A DNA stretch of 51,234 nt, from IMG/VR virus record IMGVR_UViG_3300049433_000104, positions 1 through 51,234 of that record. One strand, given 5' to 3'. A model generated the notes under the pieces. It searched no databases. It saw nothing but the letters and a program-made list of their open reading frames with translations, and was not told the DNA's origin. The translations under genes were made by a program, and so were the position numbers. Positions 19,001 through 27,849 of this stretch are shown here, one piece after another (position 1 is the first letter of the stretch; every line of letters begins with the position of its first letter). Source of the stretch: a virus (lineage: Duplodnaviria; Caudoviricetes).

Positions 19001-21155
19001 ACTTGCCCTGCTCGAGGCCGTGTGCAAGGTCGGTTGTAAATCCGGTGGTATAGCCCTGGAGGTCCTTAAGGGAACCGGCCAGCCGCAGCGAAGCGGACAG
19101 GCCATCGTTCATGAACGCCTGCCACGCGTCGCCGCGAAGCTGGAATTGAACCTGCGCGATGCTCTTCTCAGTATCGGACAGGAACATCGTTTGAAGGTCG
19201 AAGTCCGCCTTGCTCTTCGCCGACACCTGCGCGGATGCCTGCGCTTTCAACCCGAGCGCGGTTGACGTGTCGTGAAGGTCTTTCAACTCCTTCGGCGTCA
19301 GAACCTGCCTGTCCTGGACGGCCTTGTTGAGGCGGGTCTGCTCTGCCGTATATGCAGCCGCCGCGCCGACCGACATTCCGACCGTCTGCTGCTTTACAGC
19401 TTCGGCGTCGATCTGCGATTTAATCTGGTACGTGCCGAGCGCCTGCGCGGCCGTCAGCTGCTTTTGAAACGCGATCTGCTGCGGCGTGAGGTTGGCACCC
19501 TCTTGCTGCAGCTTTTGCAGCTGGAGGCTTTTCGCCGTCACAAGATCGATGATCGGCGCTGACGCGCCCAACGCAGCATTTTGATTGTTCTGCTGCGCGA
19601 TCTGCGTGTCCAGATTTACGGACGCCACCGCGCGGTCATAAGTTTCTCGGCTTACAAACGTCTGCTTTAGCGCCGCATCTAACTCTTTAATCCTTAGCGT
19701 TTGACGTTCAGTCGCGGTCGCGGCCGAGCCGAGATAGCCGAGTTCTTCCTTGCCAGTGTTAACTTGTTTAATTGCAGCATTGATTTCTTCTTGCCGCGAA
19801 TCTTTTTGCTTTTTCTGAGCGTCGGTTACTCCTTCGATGGCCTTCCTTTGCGCCTCATATCCCGACAGATCGGGTTTCTGATCAGCAGCAAGGCCGCCAC
19901 CTAAATTCTTTTTTGCGCGATCTGCAGGCGTGTCAGTCACAAAGCTTTCGTCGTTGCCGTAAATGGTCGTGTCCCCAACATCGTACCATTTACCGGCACC
20001 TGCTCGCGTCTTTGTCGATTCCATAACGGAGCGGGCGATGCGCTCTTCAAGTTGCGCCGCCTGCAGCATTCGATCGAGAACGTCTTGCGTGTACGTCGCC
20101 GCCATCAAGTTCGCGGTGCGCTTTTGCGCCTCTTCGATCTGAACCTTCGTTATGCCCCATTTCTTGATCGCATCGTCGTCAAGGCCGTTGATCTTCTGCT
20201 GGCGTGCAATGATGGCATCCAGCCCGCCCGCCGCATTCGTTACATCGAGGACCAAGCCCGTTTCTAAGCCGCCCTTATTGAACGCCGCCTTGGATAGCGC
20301 ATTCTTCGATTGATCGGACGCCGCGGCGCGCGCTTTGGCGAGCACATCCCAAGCCTGAGCGGTGGTCGTCGTCGCGGAAAGTTCATCGGCCAACCCGCGA
20401 TCGATCATGCGGACCGCGTTGTAAAGATCGCCAGTGCCCTTGCGGGCCTGTTCCATGTTGATTGTGAACTTCTCGACACTGGCCCCGATTGCGTCGGTGC
20501 CAACTCCAAATTCAGCGCCGGACCTTCCCAGCGCCTTAAGCTGCGTGATCGATAAGTCTGTCGTTTCCGACAGCCTTCGCATCGCGATTGAGCCATCACC
20601 CATCCGGTTCGCTTCGGAAATCATATGATTGATGGCTGACGATACCGCCCCAATGCCAACAGCGGCGGCGACGCCCCAAGGCCCCAACGCAGAGAGAAAC
20701 ACCCCTACAGGTCCGGCACCGGCGCTGAGCGCGATCAGTTGACCCGAGACGCCTGACGTGGCGTTCTTAAAACCCTGCCACGCTTTTTCATTCGTCGTGA
20801 GCTGGCCGGTCTGCTCACGGATCGTCTGGATTATCCCTTCGTGTTTCTGCCGGACGGCGTCCATCTGCGCCTTGGCCGCGTCGGTCGTCGCGATCCCAAG
20901 TTGAACGGCCCGGGTGTTGATCCCCTCTTGTTTGGCAAGATCATCCTTCATTCTGATCTGCGCGCGGATGACGGGATCGGTCGCGCCAAGCGACTGAACC
21001 CAGCGCCTTTGCGCAGCCTCGAATGACTGCGCGGTCGCGTTACCGCCATCGATGCCCGCGGCTTTCGCCCGAGCCATCGCCGCTTCGAACTCGGCAACGC
21101 CAGTCTTGGCGCCGCTCGAATCGACGATAAGTTGAGTGACGACGGGAGCGGGCAT
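16065..21155 (-). CDS. Tail tape measure protein
   Basis: 1696 aa, Ala/Gly-rich and helical; C-terminal YATGGWVRGG..GVDSV motif; follows the tail chaperones. Confidence 0.92.
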   Translation of the reverse strand: MPAPVVTQLIVDSSGAKTGVAEFEAAMARAKAAGIDGGNATAQSFEAAQRRWVQSLGATDPVIRAQIRMKDDLAKQEGINTRAVQLGIATTDAAKAQMDAVRQKHEGIIQTIREQTGQLTTNEKAWQGFKNATSGVSGQLIALSAGAGPVGVFLSALGPWGVAAAVGIGAVSSAINHMISEANRMGDGSIAMRRLSETTDLSITQLKALGRSGAEFGVGTDAIGASVEKFTINMEQARKGTGDLYNAVRMIDRGLADELSATTTTAQAWDVLAKARAAASDQSKNALSKAAFNKGGLETGLVLDVTNAAGGLDAIIARQQKINGLDDDAIKKWGITKVQIEEAQKRTANLMAATYTQDVLDRMLQAAQLEERIARSVMESTKTRAGAGKWYDVGDTTIYGNDESFVTDTPADRAKKNLGGGLAADQKPDLSGYEAQRKAIEGVTDAQKKQKDSRQEEINAAIKQVNTGKEELGYLGSAATATERQTLRIKELDAALKQTFVSRETYDRAVASVNLDTQIAQQNNQNAALGASAPIIDLVTAKSLQLQKLQQEGANLTPQQIAFQKQLTAAQALGTYQIKSQIDAEAVKQQTVGMSVGAAAAYTAEQTRLNKAVQDRQVLTPKELKDLHDTSTALGLKAQASAQVSAKSKADFDLQTMFLSDTEKSIAQVQFQLRGDAWQAFMNDGLSASLRLAGSLKDLQGYTTGFTTDLAHGLEQGKSLLDSVSAAAVNLGQKLIDAGLNTLVTAGLGAVTSSLTGGVGGASGAAALTAGGASAAAALTAAGTAAGAALAAGGASAAAALGLPAVELPIGAAAAAAELAGGGAAAGTILVFDSVGAATVLTAGGAAAGQAIWGPIAAITAILVGIGLMSSASGGEEKVKKAKQTWVEAGPAFQKFLTEMSGGVQGDLVSRIQDAASREAAFEKEAWDARDTAAINAARAGLQNFSDSQKRLFQSTFAAMVKGFSDGLGQDSPFLKAVNTTRTALNTALAFIDDANTAIGAGASIDGVKFEQARTASQSYLLSLLQTPAALTPVQTGLSQIQGTANALQGALVQLGMSSTDAAKAINDGVSKAISSLKTQFEAGLTERLNTANGQSFINDATKLIAQHQQDLLDAASLGTDPALVAATFKAEAQQIVNSANLVGDAFTGFKKQFPDLAGVVVEATADVASSAKQLQDSINGTAKTIVEFISGLTAGANSPLSPTARLAASQTAYNATLALAQTGDIGAQGRITTDAQNLLDAARAVYASSTGYQLIFQNVTAQLLSLPAVQQTTDSTVQVMRDVLTAINISNQVLNLLNATAGGTTGAVNAANTAITSGVNAGTTTLNGVILPAVNAGSAVAVASNLAAYFNNLSAVQAGTTGAVNSGTGALTQQILPAVNAGNATNVAGALAAYFNQIDPSGRLASLVLTTTNMVGSTALAAQNTANTNLSVDQVRIRADTNNALTGTNNELTGGGNTILTAIQTLQGTANTQLTLLKDALTPTAVSVNIGTPAGNLGAPSAGGGLPPGVLNNQVVTALNKIVYNTYAIASNTAYKQSDGTLAHGHAGIGVYATGGWVRGGIPGVDSVRILAQQKEFIVNPYATDRLTRDYGAGIMDMINSGRLPQNDNFRAVNVSAPPSFRGVASDNGNAALIAELREVKAELQRLQQVVSGSGNQIAQTIVKKSDEQIGAVDKSGRRIAYATTQAAKEVSAAA

Positions 21156-21231
21156 TCACGAAACCTGTGAGGTTAGAACTTGCCTTGGCCGAAAATATCG
21201 GCATCCTCCCCCGGATTATCGGGAGGTGGAG

Positions 21232-21642
21232 ATGCGATATTTTCTGGCGTTGTTTCTATTGATCGGATTTGAAACCGTGGCATTGGCGCAAAGCAGCGCC
21301 GCCCCGAAAACTACCGAAATGACCAATTACGTCGCGCAGATTGACAAGGCCCTTCTGGAAAACGGCATCAATATCTCAGTGACCGTTCAAACGAAGTGCG
21401 AGAAATATGACGGATTGGCCGGCTCCCCGAGCGCTTGCCCAGCGCTATCGTTTCTCGGCAACTACATTGATCGTCCGACGACGTATGCGATTGTGACGAG
21501 GGTACTAAACTCGTTCACGGAAGCGCGCGCTCTCGGGTTTAAGAACGTTGTCTTTTACGGGATGAACCGACAAGCGGGCAGCCGACACACCTTCGACCTG
21601 ACAAAGCCGCCGCCCGCCTGCAGCATTGATCTGTGCTTCTAG
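21232..21642 (+). CDS. Moron: exported Cys-containing protein on the opposite strand
   Basis: GGAGG RBS before ATG 21232; signal peptide MRYFLALFLLIGFETVALA; 4 Cys. Confidence 0.75.
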   Translation: MRYFLALFLLIGFETVALAQSSAAPKTTEMTNYVAQIDKALLENGINISVTVQTKCEKYDGLAGSPSACPALSFLGNYIDRPTTYAIVTRVLNSFTEARALGFKNVVFYGMNRQAGSRHTFDLTKPPPACSIDLCF

Positions 21643-22046
21643 GACGACGGCCGCGAGTTTGCCGACGCCTCGTTCTGCACTTTCATGTAAACGTCATCGA
21701 GGTTTTCAATGGCTTCGTGCTCCCATGGCGCAAGCTTCATTTGATGCCTGCGTTCATAGGACTCGATGTCCTGCCCCTCGATCGCGCTCGGGCCGAAACC
21801 GTTCGATCCCTTGCGCCGCCTGATGCTGCTGAAGATCTTCCAGAGATACATCAGCTCGTCGGGAAACGGCTTGCCCGCAAGCTCGTCCTCGATTTCATCA
21901 CGCCGGCCGGGTCTCTTGGTGCGCTCCAGCCTGCTTTCAAGTTCCTCGCGGACAGTGAACCCGTCCTTATCCGCGAGGTTTAATCTGAATTGGGACTCTG
22001 CGGCGTCGTTCAGTCGCCCGCAAAGCCCTTCATAAAAGACTTTTCC
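21639..22046 (-). CDS. Tail assembly chaperone C-terminal extension (lambda gpT-like, -1 frame)
   Basis: The frame is open from the slippery site through ...PFPDELMYLWKIF..RRR..GFGP..I...LAPWE..AIENLD. Confidence 0.75.
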   Translation of the reverse strand, partial: GKVFYEGLCGRLNDAAESQFRLNLADKDGFTVREELESRLERTKRPGRRDEIEDELAGKPFPDELMYLWKIFSSIRRRKGSNGFGPSAIEGQDIESYERRHQMKLAPWEHEAIENLDDVYMKVQNEASANSRPSS

Positions 22047-22471
22047 GCGACCAGAAAATCAACGATCTGGCCAAAGTAGACGCCCTTTTTCGGGTCGCTG
22101 AACAGATTGACCGCGGCATTTTTGGAGAACTCCACCGGCCCTTCGCCGAAGTCGACCGGCGTCCAGGTGACGATGCGCGCCACGATCGTTTCGATAAACT
22201 CGCGCCGGTTATCTTCCGGCTGAACGTCGTCGATCAGCACCTTCCGGCCGTTGGCCTGCTGCTGCTTGATGCGCCGCGTTTCGTCGAGTTGGCTGCGCGA
22301 AGTCTCGTTGTTGACCGCGACGGTTTGCGGATGCCCCGGCCCCGCCATCGTGATCACCCATCCCGTGCGCTTGCTCGTTCCGGGAAATACAATGTGTAGA
22401 TCGGCGGTGTCCATCGGCAGAGCATCTGCCATGTTGACAACGGTCGGCTTGGTGCTGGTTTCGGTTTCCAT
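22010..22471 (-). CDS. Tail assembly chaperone (lambda gpG-like)
   Basis: Start METETSTK with a GAGGA RBS; lies between the tail tube and tape measure genes. Confidence 0.75.
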   Translation of the reverse strand: METETSTKPTVVNMADALPMDTADLHIVFPGTSKRTGWVITMAGPGHPQTVAVNNETSRSQLDETRRIKQQQANGRKVLIDDVQPEDNRREFIETIVARIVTWTPVDFGEGPVEFSKNAAVNLFSDPKKGVYFGQIVDFLVAEKSFMKGFAGD

Positions 22472-22578
22472 GATGTCCTCTATTCGGAAGGAAAGGTTGT
22501 GGCAGGCGGCGCCGATACGCCGCCCGCCGTGCAACGCGCGCGCTACTTCTTTCCAGCGTATGCGGCGCCGGATTTACT

Positions 22579-22878
22579 TCACGACGCCGGCTGGTTTTTC
22601 AGCGCGGCGATCACGTCCGCCTTGGTCGCACCGGAATGAATGTCGATGTTGCGAGCCGTGGCGAGTTCGACCAGCGCCGCCTTGGTCATGGACTCGTATT
22701 CGTCACCGGGTGCGGGCTTCTCAGCTTCACCAACCCGGCCAGTTTCGCTGATCGCGATAGTGGCAAGGCCGGATGGGTTGCCGGGCCACTCGATGCGATA
22801 GCCCGCCGCGGTCGCTTCGTCGATCGCCGTCTTTAACGCCAGTGCGGCGTCGCGGACGGGCTTTTCTTTGTCAGCCAT
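22579..22878 (-). CDS. Small protein with a C-terminal Rho-N/HeH-like domain
   Basis: YESMTKAALVELATARNIDIHSGATKADVIAAL. Confidence 0.7.
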   Translation of the reverse strand: MADKEKPVRDAALALKTAIDEATAAGYRIEWPGNPSGLATIAISETGRVGEAEKPAPGDEYESMTKAALVELATARNIDIHSGATKADVIAALKNQPAS

Positions 22879-22914
22879 GGTGGTGTTGCCTTTCAGTTTC
22901 GAGGGGGAAAACTA

Positions 22915-24168
22915 TCAAGCGCCAGTGCTCTGCCACTTGATCATGGCAGCGTCGTAAGCGCCGCCAGTCTCGTCTTTGCCGACCAGGCCAACGGGGACCT
23001 GGATCGTCTGCGTACGCGGTCCCGCCGCGCGGTTCAGTGCCGACTTGTCGACGCCGCCGAAGGTGAAGTTCGTCAGCGAGAACGCGATAAAGTTCGTTGT
23101 GCCATGCTCAACCGCGAGGCAGTGCAGCGTCAGAACATCTTCGGCGATGTAGTTCGCGACGTAAGCCAAATCCTTGCGCAGGGCGGTGAGGCTCAGGTTC
23201 ACGCCCATCTGCCCGGTCATGACAGTCGGGGAGTATTTCTGCGAACCGGAGCCGAAGGTTTCCGGCGCGACGCCGCCGATGTCCATGGTGAGGTCGAACG
23301 CCGTCAGTTCGGTAAGGTCGGTGGTGCCGAGCCTGAGCGTCGCATCGACCACCGCCAGCGGCACCGCCGTGTTGAGTGCCGGCGACGTGAACAGCGGCGC
23401 GCTGGCGCCGGTCAACGTCTGGAACTGACCGGTGCCGATGCCGCCCGGATCGAGCATCAGGATTCCGTTCGGCGCCATCGTAACCTTGGCGTTAGTCCAG
23501 GCGAAGTCGGTCGCCACTTCGGTGCCGTCGATGTCCGCCTCATAATCTTCCGTGGTGAACCAGCGGGAGAGCAACGAGCCGCCGGCAAACGGAACGAGTT
23601 TCTTGCCGGGACGCGTGATCGTGAACGAAGTGTCCGGCGTGGCGTTCACGGTCAGCGTTTCGGCCGTCGTGATGATCAGCGCCGTCAGTCCCGTGATGCG
23701 AACGTTGATACCGTTGTTCCCGGCATCGGGCAGGCCGGAAGGGCGGACCACGTCGCCGACCCGGAAGCCCTGCAAAATCCACGATCCGGCCGCGGCGATA
23801 ATCGAATTTGCGCCGGTGGTGACCGAAGTCGCGGCGGCGGACCCGCCTAGCGTGGTGGCCTGCGTGATGGCCAGATCGGCCGTGCCCCATGTATCGCGCG
23901 CGATCGCTTCGATGATCGGCTCACACGATCCGATCGACATTTGATGACGCCACGAGCTGGCGACCTTCTGAATGCCGTGCCGCCCGCGCGACCGCATGCC
24001 GTCCGGGCGGACTTCGGTGCTTTCCGTAATACCCTTGCTGAACTTGTGGCCGGCGCTGCCATCCGCCTGTCGCAGCTGCGTAGCACCGGCGCCGCTGACC
24101 TGCGTTCCCTGGAGGGACTGCAGCTTGTAAGCCATCAGCGCATTGGACTGTGATTGATAGACGGCCAT
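22915..24168 (-). CDS. Major tail (tube) protein
   Basis: Start MAVYQSQ; ESTEVRPDG..RHG motif; position in the tail module. Confidence 0.8.
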   Translation of the reverse strand: MAVYQSQSNALMAYKLQSLQGTQVSGAGATQLRQADGSAGHKFSKGITESTEVRPDGMRSRGRHGIQKVASSWRHQMSIGSCEPIIEAIARDTWGTADLAITQATTLGGSAAATSVTTGANSIIAAAGSWILQGFRVGDVVRPSGLPDAGNNGINVRITGLTALIITTAETLTVNATPDTSFTITRPGKKLVPFAGGSLLSRWFTTEDYEADIDGTEVATDFAWTNAKVTMAPNGILMLDPGGIGTGQFQTLTGASAPLFTSPALNTAVPLAVVDATLRLGTTDLTELTAFDLTMDIGGVAPETFGSGSQKYSPTVMTGQMGVNLSLTALRKDLAYVANYIAEDVLTLHCLAVEHGTTNFIAFSLTNFTFGGVDKSALNRAAGPRTQTIQVPVGLVGKDETGGAYDAAMIKWQSTGA

Positions 24169-24274
24169 GGAGGCGTTCCTTCGTGTGCAAGTTGTGAAGC
24201 GCCCTGCCCAACGGCGCGCGGGTTTTCGCGGCGCGGGCGTCACGCCGAATTAAAATTTGGATTTAGAGGATGAC

Positions 24275-24556
24275 TTACTGCGCGGGTGCCGCGGCCGGTT
24301 TCCACTCGCGGTATTCGCTATCACCCGGCAATTTGATATCGATGCGAAACCGGCCTTCGACGCGCTCGATCATCAGCTCGTCTCTGTTGTCGGGGTTGGT
24401 GACCACATGGCCGGCGTCGTCCAGCGCGTAGCGGCGCAGCCAACCGGCGTCGGAATCTATCTCGATAACGGAGGTTAGCCTTTCACCCGGCCGATCAAGA
24501 TCGATGATTTTCAGGTAAACGGACTCGGGCGTTTTGTCGATGTGTGCATATGGCAT
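24275..24556 (-). CDS. Hypothetical phage protein
   Basis: 93-aa ORF in operon orientation. Confidence 0.6.
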   Translation of the reverse strand: MPYAHIDKTPESVYLKIIDLDRPGERLTSVIEIDSDAGWLRRYALDDAGHVVTNPDNRDELMIERVEGRFRIDIKLPGDSEYREWKPAAAPAQ

Positions 24557-24562
24557 GACGCT

Positions 24563-25048
24563 TTATCCCAGGTGCCAGTATTCAAAGGGGATCGTTGCCG
24601 TGGTCGTGAATTGCTGCCCGTTGTCTGAGGTCACATCGCCGTTGTCGATGCGGGGCTGTCCATCCTTGTCGTAACCCGAGCGCACGTAGCAGCCATCGGT
24701 CACGTCGTTATAGAAAACCTTGTTGCGGAACATTTCCCCGATCGCGACGGCCATCGCCAAGCCGTCTTTGGTGCCGGTGTTGATCGGTGTGAATACGTGC
24801 CCTTTTATGAACCCGTCATAGACGATGGTTTGCTGTCCAGGCGTCCCGCTCCCGATGACGTAGGAGCCATTGTGGACAATCTCGAAAAACACCCATGCAA
24901 CCGGCTTGTTCGATACCGGGTCGACGGGAGGTTCCGGCAACGAGTCGTTGACATATTCGACGGGCGTTATCGGGTCGGCGCCGACTTTCCAGTTATCCTT
25001 GAAGCGTTGGGTGATCGCTTCGCATGCGTCGGCGTAGTTAGCGGCCAT
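24563..25048 (-). CDS. Tail terminator-like protein
   Basis: Size, position, and VFTPINTG...FRNK...IPFEY pattern. Confidence 0.65.
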   Translation of the reverse strand: MAANYADACEAITQRFKDNWKVGADPITPVEYVNDSLPEPPVDPVSNKPVAWVFFEIVHNGSYVIGSGTPGQQTIVYDGFIKGHVFTPINTGTKDGLAMAVAIGEMFRNKVFYNDVTDGCYVRSGYDKDGQPRIDNGDVTSDNGQQFTTTATIPFEYWHLG

Positions 25049-25057
25049 GGTGAAGGA

Positions 25058-25273
25058 TCACTTGCAGCACAGTTCAAGCGCCTGCGCTTCCGTGAAGCCC
25101 TCCGCGACATAAAAGAGGTAAGCAGCGCGGCGAATCTTGGCGATCGTCCGCTGATTTTCGATCAGGTCGTCCAGGTGACGCCGGATGCTATCGCCAGCCG
25201 CAGCAATTTCATTCTTCTGCCCCGGCAACTGCAGGAGGGTTGCGCTAGCGGGTTTGTCGGTGCCATCGGTCAT
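25058..25273 (-). CDS. Hypothetical phage protein
   Basis: 71 aa ending YVAEGFTEAQALELC; GAGG RBS. Confidence 0.6.
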   Translation of the reverse strand: MTDGTDKPASATLLQLPGQKNEIAAAGDSIRRHLDDLIENQRTIAKIRRAAYLFYVAEGFTEAQALELCCK

Positions 25274-25284
25274 TGTGATTTTCC

Positions 25285-26019
25285 TCAGTTCAAACCCGCG
25301 CGCGACATGAACGAGCCGGCCGGGTTGATCGTGATTGTTGGCCAGCGGACTTCGGCCTTGTTGTGCGCGCGCTGTCCGCCCTGGTGCACGAAGCGTCCCT
25401 TGGTCCCGCGCTTCGGAGCCGTCTTGCCTTGCGTGAGTTGGTCCACCTGCCCCGAGCCGAACACGGCGCGGTACGTGAATTGAATTTCTGCGGCGTTTCG
25501 AATGTCGGGATCGCGCTTCAAGATTTGCTGCGCGCGTTGGTAGACCCGCCCGCCGCCGTCGATCCTGAACTTCTTTCCGCCACGGCCGCCGACTTCGATC
25601 ACCCGCGAATAGTCCACCGTATTCGTGATCGATATTTCCTGCCCTTCGTGCCAGTCGGTCAGGGTCTCAACCGCGTGCCCGTCGACGAAGAGCCTATGGC
25701 TATCGCGATAAAGTCCGGGATGCGGGTCGCGTCCCTTGCCGACTGGCGATATCGACCGCAGAATTTCAATGGCGCGCTTCGCGATAATGTCCAGACGGTT
25801 ATAGTCGTAGACGATGACGCCACCCAGCCGCAGCGCTTCTTCCTGCGCAATCACCCCGTCAACGTGGCGGACGAAACCCATAGGACGCGGATCGGAGTTC
25901 AGCACTTCGGCGTTGAGCCGCTTCGCCTCGTCGATGATCTGTTGCCGCGTCAGCGCGAGAACGTCGGCGACCGCGGCATCAAACTGCGTGGCTGGCGATT
26001 GAAACTGCATAACGCTCAA
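25285..26019 (-). CDS. Neck / tail completion protein (HK97 gp10-like)
   Basis: SPVG...GLYRDS...NTVDYSRVIEVG motif. Confidence 0.7.
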   Translation of the reverse strand: MSVMQFQSPATQFDAAVADVLALTRQQIIDEAKRLNAEVLNSDPRPMGFVRHVDGVIAQEEALRLGGVIVYDYNRLDIIAKRAIEILRSISPVGKGRDPHPGLYRDSHRLFVDGHAVETLTDWHEGQEISITNTVDYSRVIEVGGRGGKKFRIDGGGRVYQRAQQILKRDPDIRNAAEIQFTYRAVFGSGQVDQLTQGKTAPKRGTKGRFVHQGGQRAHNKAEVRWPTITINPAGSFMSRAGLN

Positions 26020-26405
26020 CCCGTCGCGTGAATTTCAAGAGCAATGAGCGTGCCGCCGACAACGCGCTTCATAGGATTTTTGATCGCGAACTCCCTTCCG
26101 CCCCTCGTCATAGCGCCGTCCATCGTGACTACGCCGTCGATCACTTCGAAACCGACGATCAGCTTATCCTTCACAGTGACCGGGAGGATTCCGGACAGAG
26201 TGTCGACCAACGCAATCGCGGTCTGATCGCCCTGAACAATGGTCCCGATCAATTCGTTTGAGCCGTAGTACCGGACATAAGCGCGCGTCACTGTGTCGGT
26301 GCGGTCCCGGCTCGTCCCGACGTAGCGGCCGATTGCGATGTACTCTCCCCTGCGGCCGATATCGTCGCGGTACTGCGCGAGAAGTTGCGCGGCTTCGGCG
26401 TTCAT
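26016..26405 (-). CDS. Head closure/stopper-like protein
   Basis: Follows the adaptor gene; ELIGTIVQGD motif. Confidence 0.6.
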   Translation of the reverse strand: MNAEAAQLLAQYRDDIGRRGEYIAIGRYVGTSRDRTDTVTRAYVRYYGSNELIGTIVQGDQTAIALVDTLSGILPVTVKDKLIVGFEVIDGVVTMDGAMTRGGREFAIKNPMKRVVGGTLIALEIHATG

Positions 26406-27028
26406 CGGAATATCCGATACCCCGAGAGAAGCGCCGCGACGGTCGTGTCGATCGCCTGCGCCGCGTTCGGTCCAACCACGTATTGCGTGGACCCGACGCC
26501 TTCCGTAGAGGATGCGCTGATGAAAAGGTTTCGCGCAGACAGCGACCGAATGTTGCTCGCCGTCAACGCTATCGCAGATCGAATGGGCTCGGGCACGTCG
26601 CCGGGCTCGCCGTATCCCACAACGAAGTCGATCGACACGGCGTCAGACTGACACCGCGTTGCAGGCCATGTTTTGCCAAACGCTGGCGTGATGTACGGAC
26701 GCCGGCCCGGAACAATCTGATAGTCGGAATCTGGAAATTCGATCTGCGCACCCGTTCCGTCGATGTAGTTGATCGCGAGAACGTCCTGCAGCGGCGGAAG
26801 CGGGATATTCATTTCCCAACATGGGAAGCGATCGAGCGTCCCGCGCCACGCTTGCGTGATCAGCGCCCGCCCTAGCCAGCCTTCAGCACCATCAATCTGC
26901 TGACGCGCGGCGGTGATCAAAGCGTCCATGACTTCATCGGACACTTCGTCACCGATATTGAGGCGAGCCTTCGCCTCTTCCGCGGTCAACGGTTCGAATG
27001 CTGGAGGTTCGACCAGGACGAGGCGCAT
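26402..27028 (-). CDS. Head-tail connector (gp6-like adaptor)
   Basis: EPLTAEEAKARL, GRALITQAW, GYG..DVPEPIRSAI. Confidence 0.85.
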   Translation of the reverse strand: MRLVLVEPPAFEPLTAEEAKARLNIGDEVSDEVMDALITAARQQIDGAEGWLGRALITQAWRGTLDRFPCWEMNIPLPPLQDVLAINYIDGTGAQIEFPDSDYQIVPGRRPYITPAFGKTWPATRCQSDAVSIDFVVGYGEPGDVPEPIRSAIALTASNIRSLSARNLFISASSTEGVGSTQYVVGPNAAQAIDTTVAALLSGYRIFR

Positions 27029-27034
27029 AGGGGA

Positions 27035-27409
27035 TCAGCAGTCGATCAGGAGGTGGAACACGCCGACCTTGGCGTTTCCGCCTTGGGCCAGAACGAGCTT
27101 GATGCGGTCGCTGGCAAGCGCCATGCGGTCCTGAACCGCCGTACCAGCAGCGGCATAGAGCGCCGCCGTACCATCGGCCGCAGAAGTCGGCGCGCGTGGG
27201 TACGCCACGAACGCGGCGCTTACGTTGGATCGGCTGACGAGGGACTCGCCGGTCGCCTCCGCAGTGATCGCCATGTCAACCGTGTTGGGATAGGGGTTGG
27301 TGCCGTCCGGCACATAATGCACACTGTGCAGCTTGCCTGCCACGCGCGGAGAATACGCCGTGACGGTGCCATCCGCAGCCGTGGTGACCGTGAGTTTGAA
27401 GCGATGCAT
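27035..27409 (-). CDS. Hypothetical virion protein (possible head decoration)
   Basis: 124-aa beta-rich ORF in the head module. Confidence 0.6.
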   Translation of the reverse strand: MHRFKLTVTTAADGTVTAYSPRVAGKLHSVHYVPDGTNPYPNTVDMAITAEATGESLVSRSNVSAAFVAYPRAPTSAADGTAALYAAAGTAVQDRMALASDRIKLVLAQGGNAKVGVFHLLIDC

Positions 27410-27475
27410 TGGGGGTGGTCCTTTCTCTTGAGGTGGCGCCGAAAATGACGCCGGGGTTGACGGAAGCGCGCGGGC

Positions 27476-27775
27476 TTACTTCTTGCTCTTCCGTCGGCGA
27501 TCGGCCTTGTCGCTGTGAGGCGGCGCGGCCTTGTTCAAGGGTGCAGCTTCGGCCTTTGCGCCAGCTGGCTTGGTGCCAATGGGAGCTGCCGAAGGTCCGT
27601 TCGGTTCGGGTTTGTTGGTCACTGCGGAATCCTCTTCAAGTTTTCTGAACAGCGTCGGGTGACGTTTCAAAAGGTCCTCGCCAACCGCGTCGCTGACTTC
27701 GAAACTTTGTCCGGCGCGAAGGCTGTCGCGACTGACGGCGCTGATATGGACTTGGTCGAGTGCTTCAAGTTTCAT
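27476..27775 (-). CDS. Hypothetical protein following the capsid gene
   Basis: Start MKLEALDQ with a GGAG RBS; KAEAAPLNKA-type low-complexity tail. Confidence 0.65.
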   Translation of the reverse strand: MKLEALDQVHISAVSRDSLRAGQSFEVSDAVGEDLLKRHPTLFRKLEEDSAVTNKPEPNGPSAAPIGTKPAGAKAEAAPLNKAAPPHSDKADRRRKSKK

Positions 27776-27805
27776 TGACGTTGCTCCGGGGATGGATTTG
27801 AACGG

Positions 27806-27841
27806 AAAACGCGCGCGGCGCCCTGTTGACGCTGCGCGCGC
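27806..27841 (-). terminator. Putative terminator/attenuator after the capsid gene
   Basis: GC-rich stem CGCGCGCAGCG/CGCCGCGCGCG followed by TTTT on the minus strand. Confidence 0.5.
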
Positions 27842-27849
27842 TGTTACCC

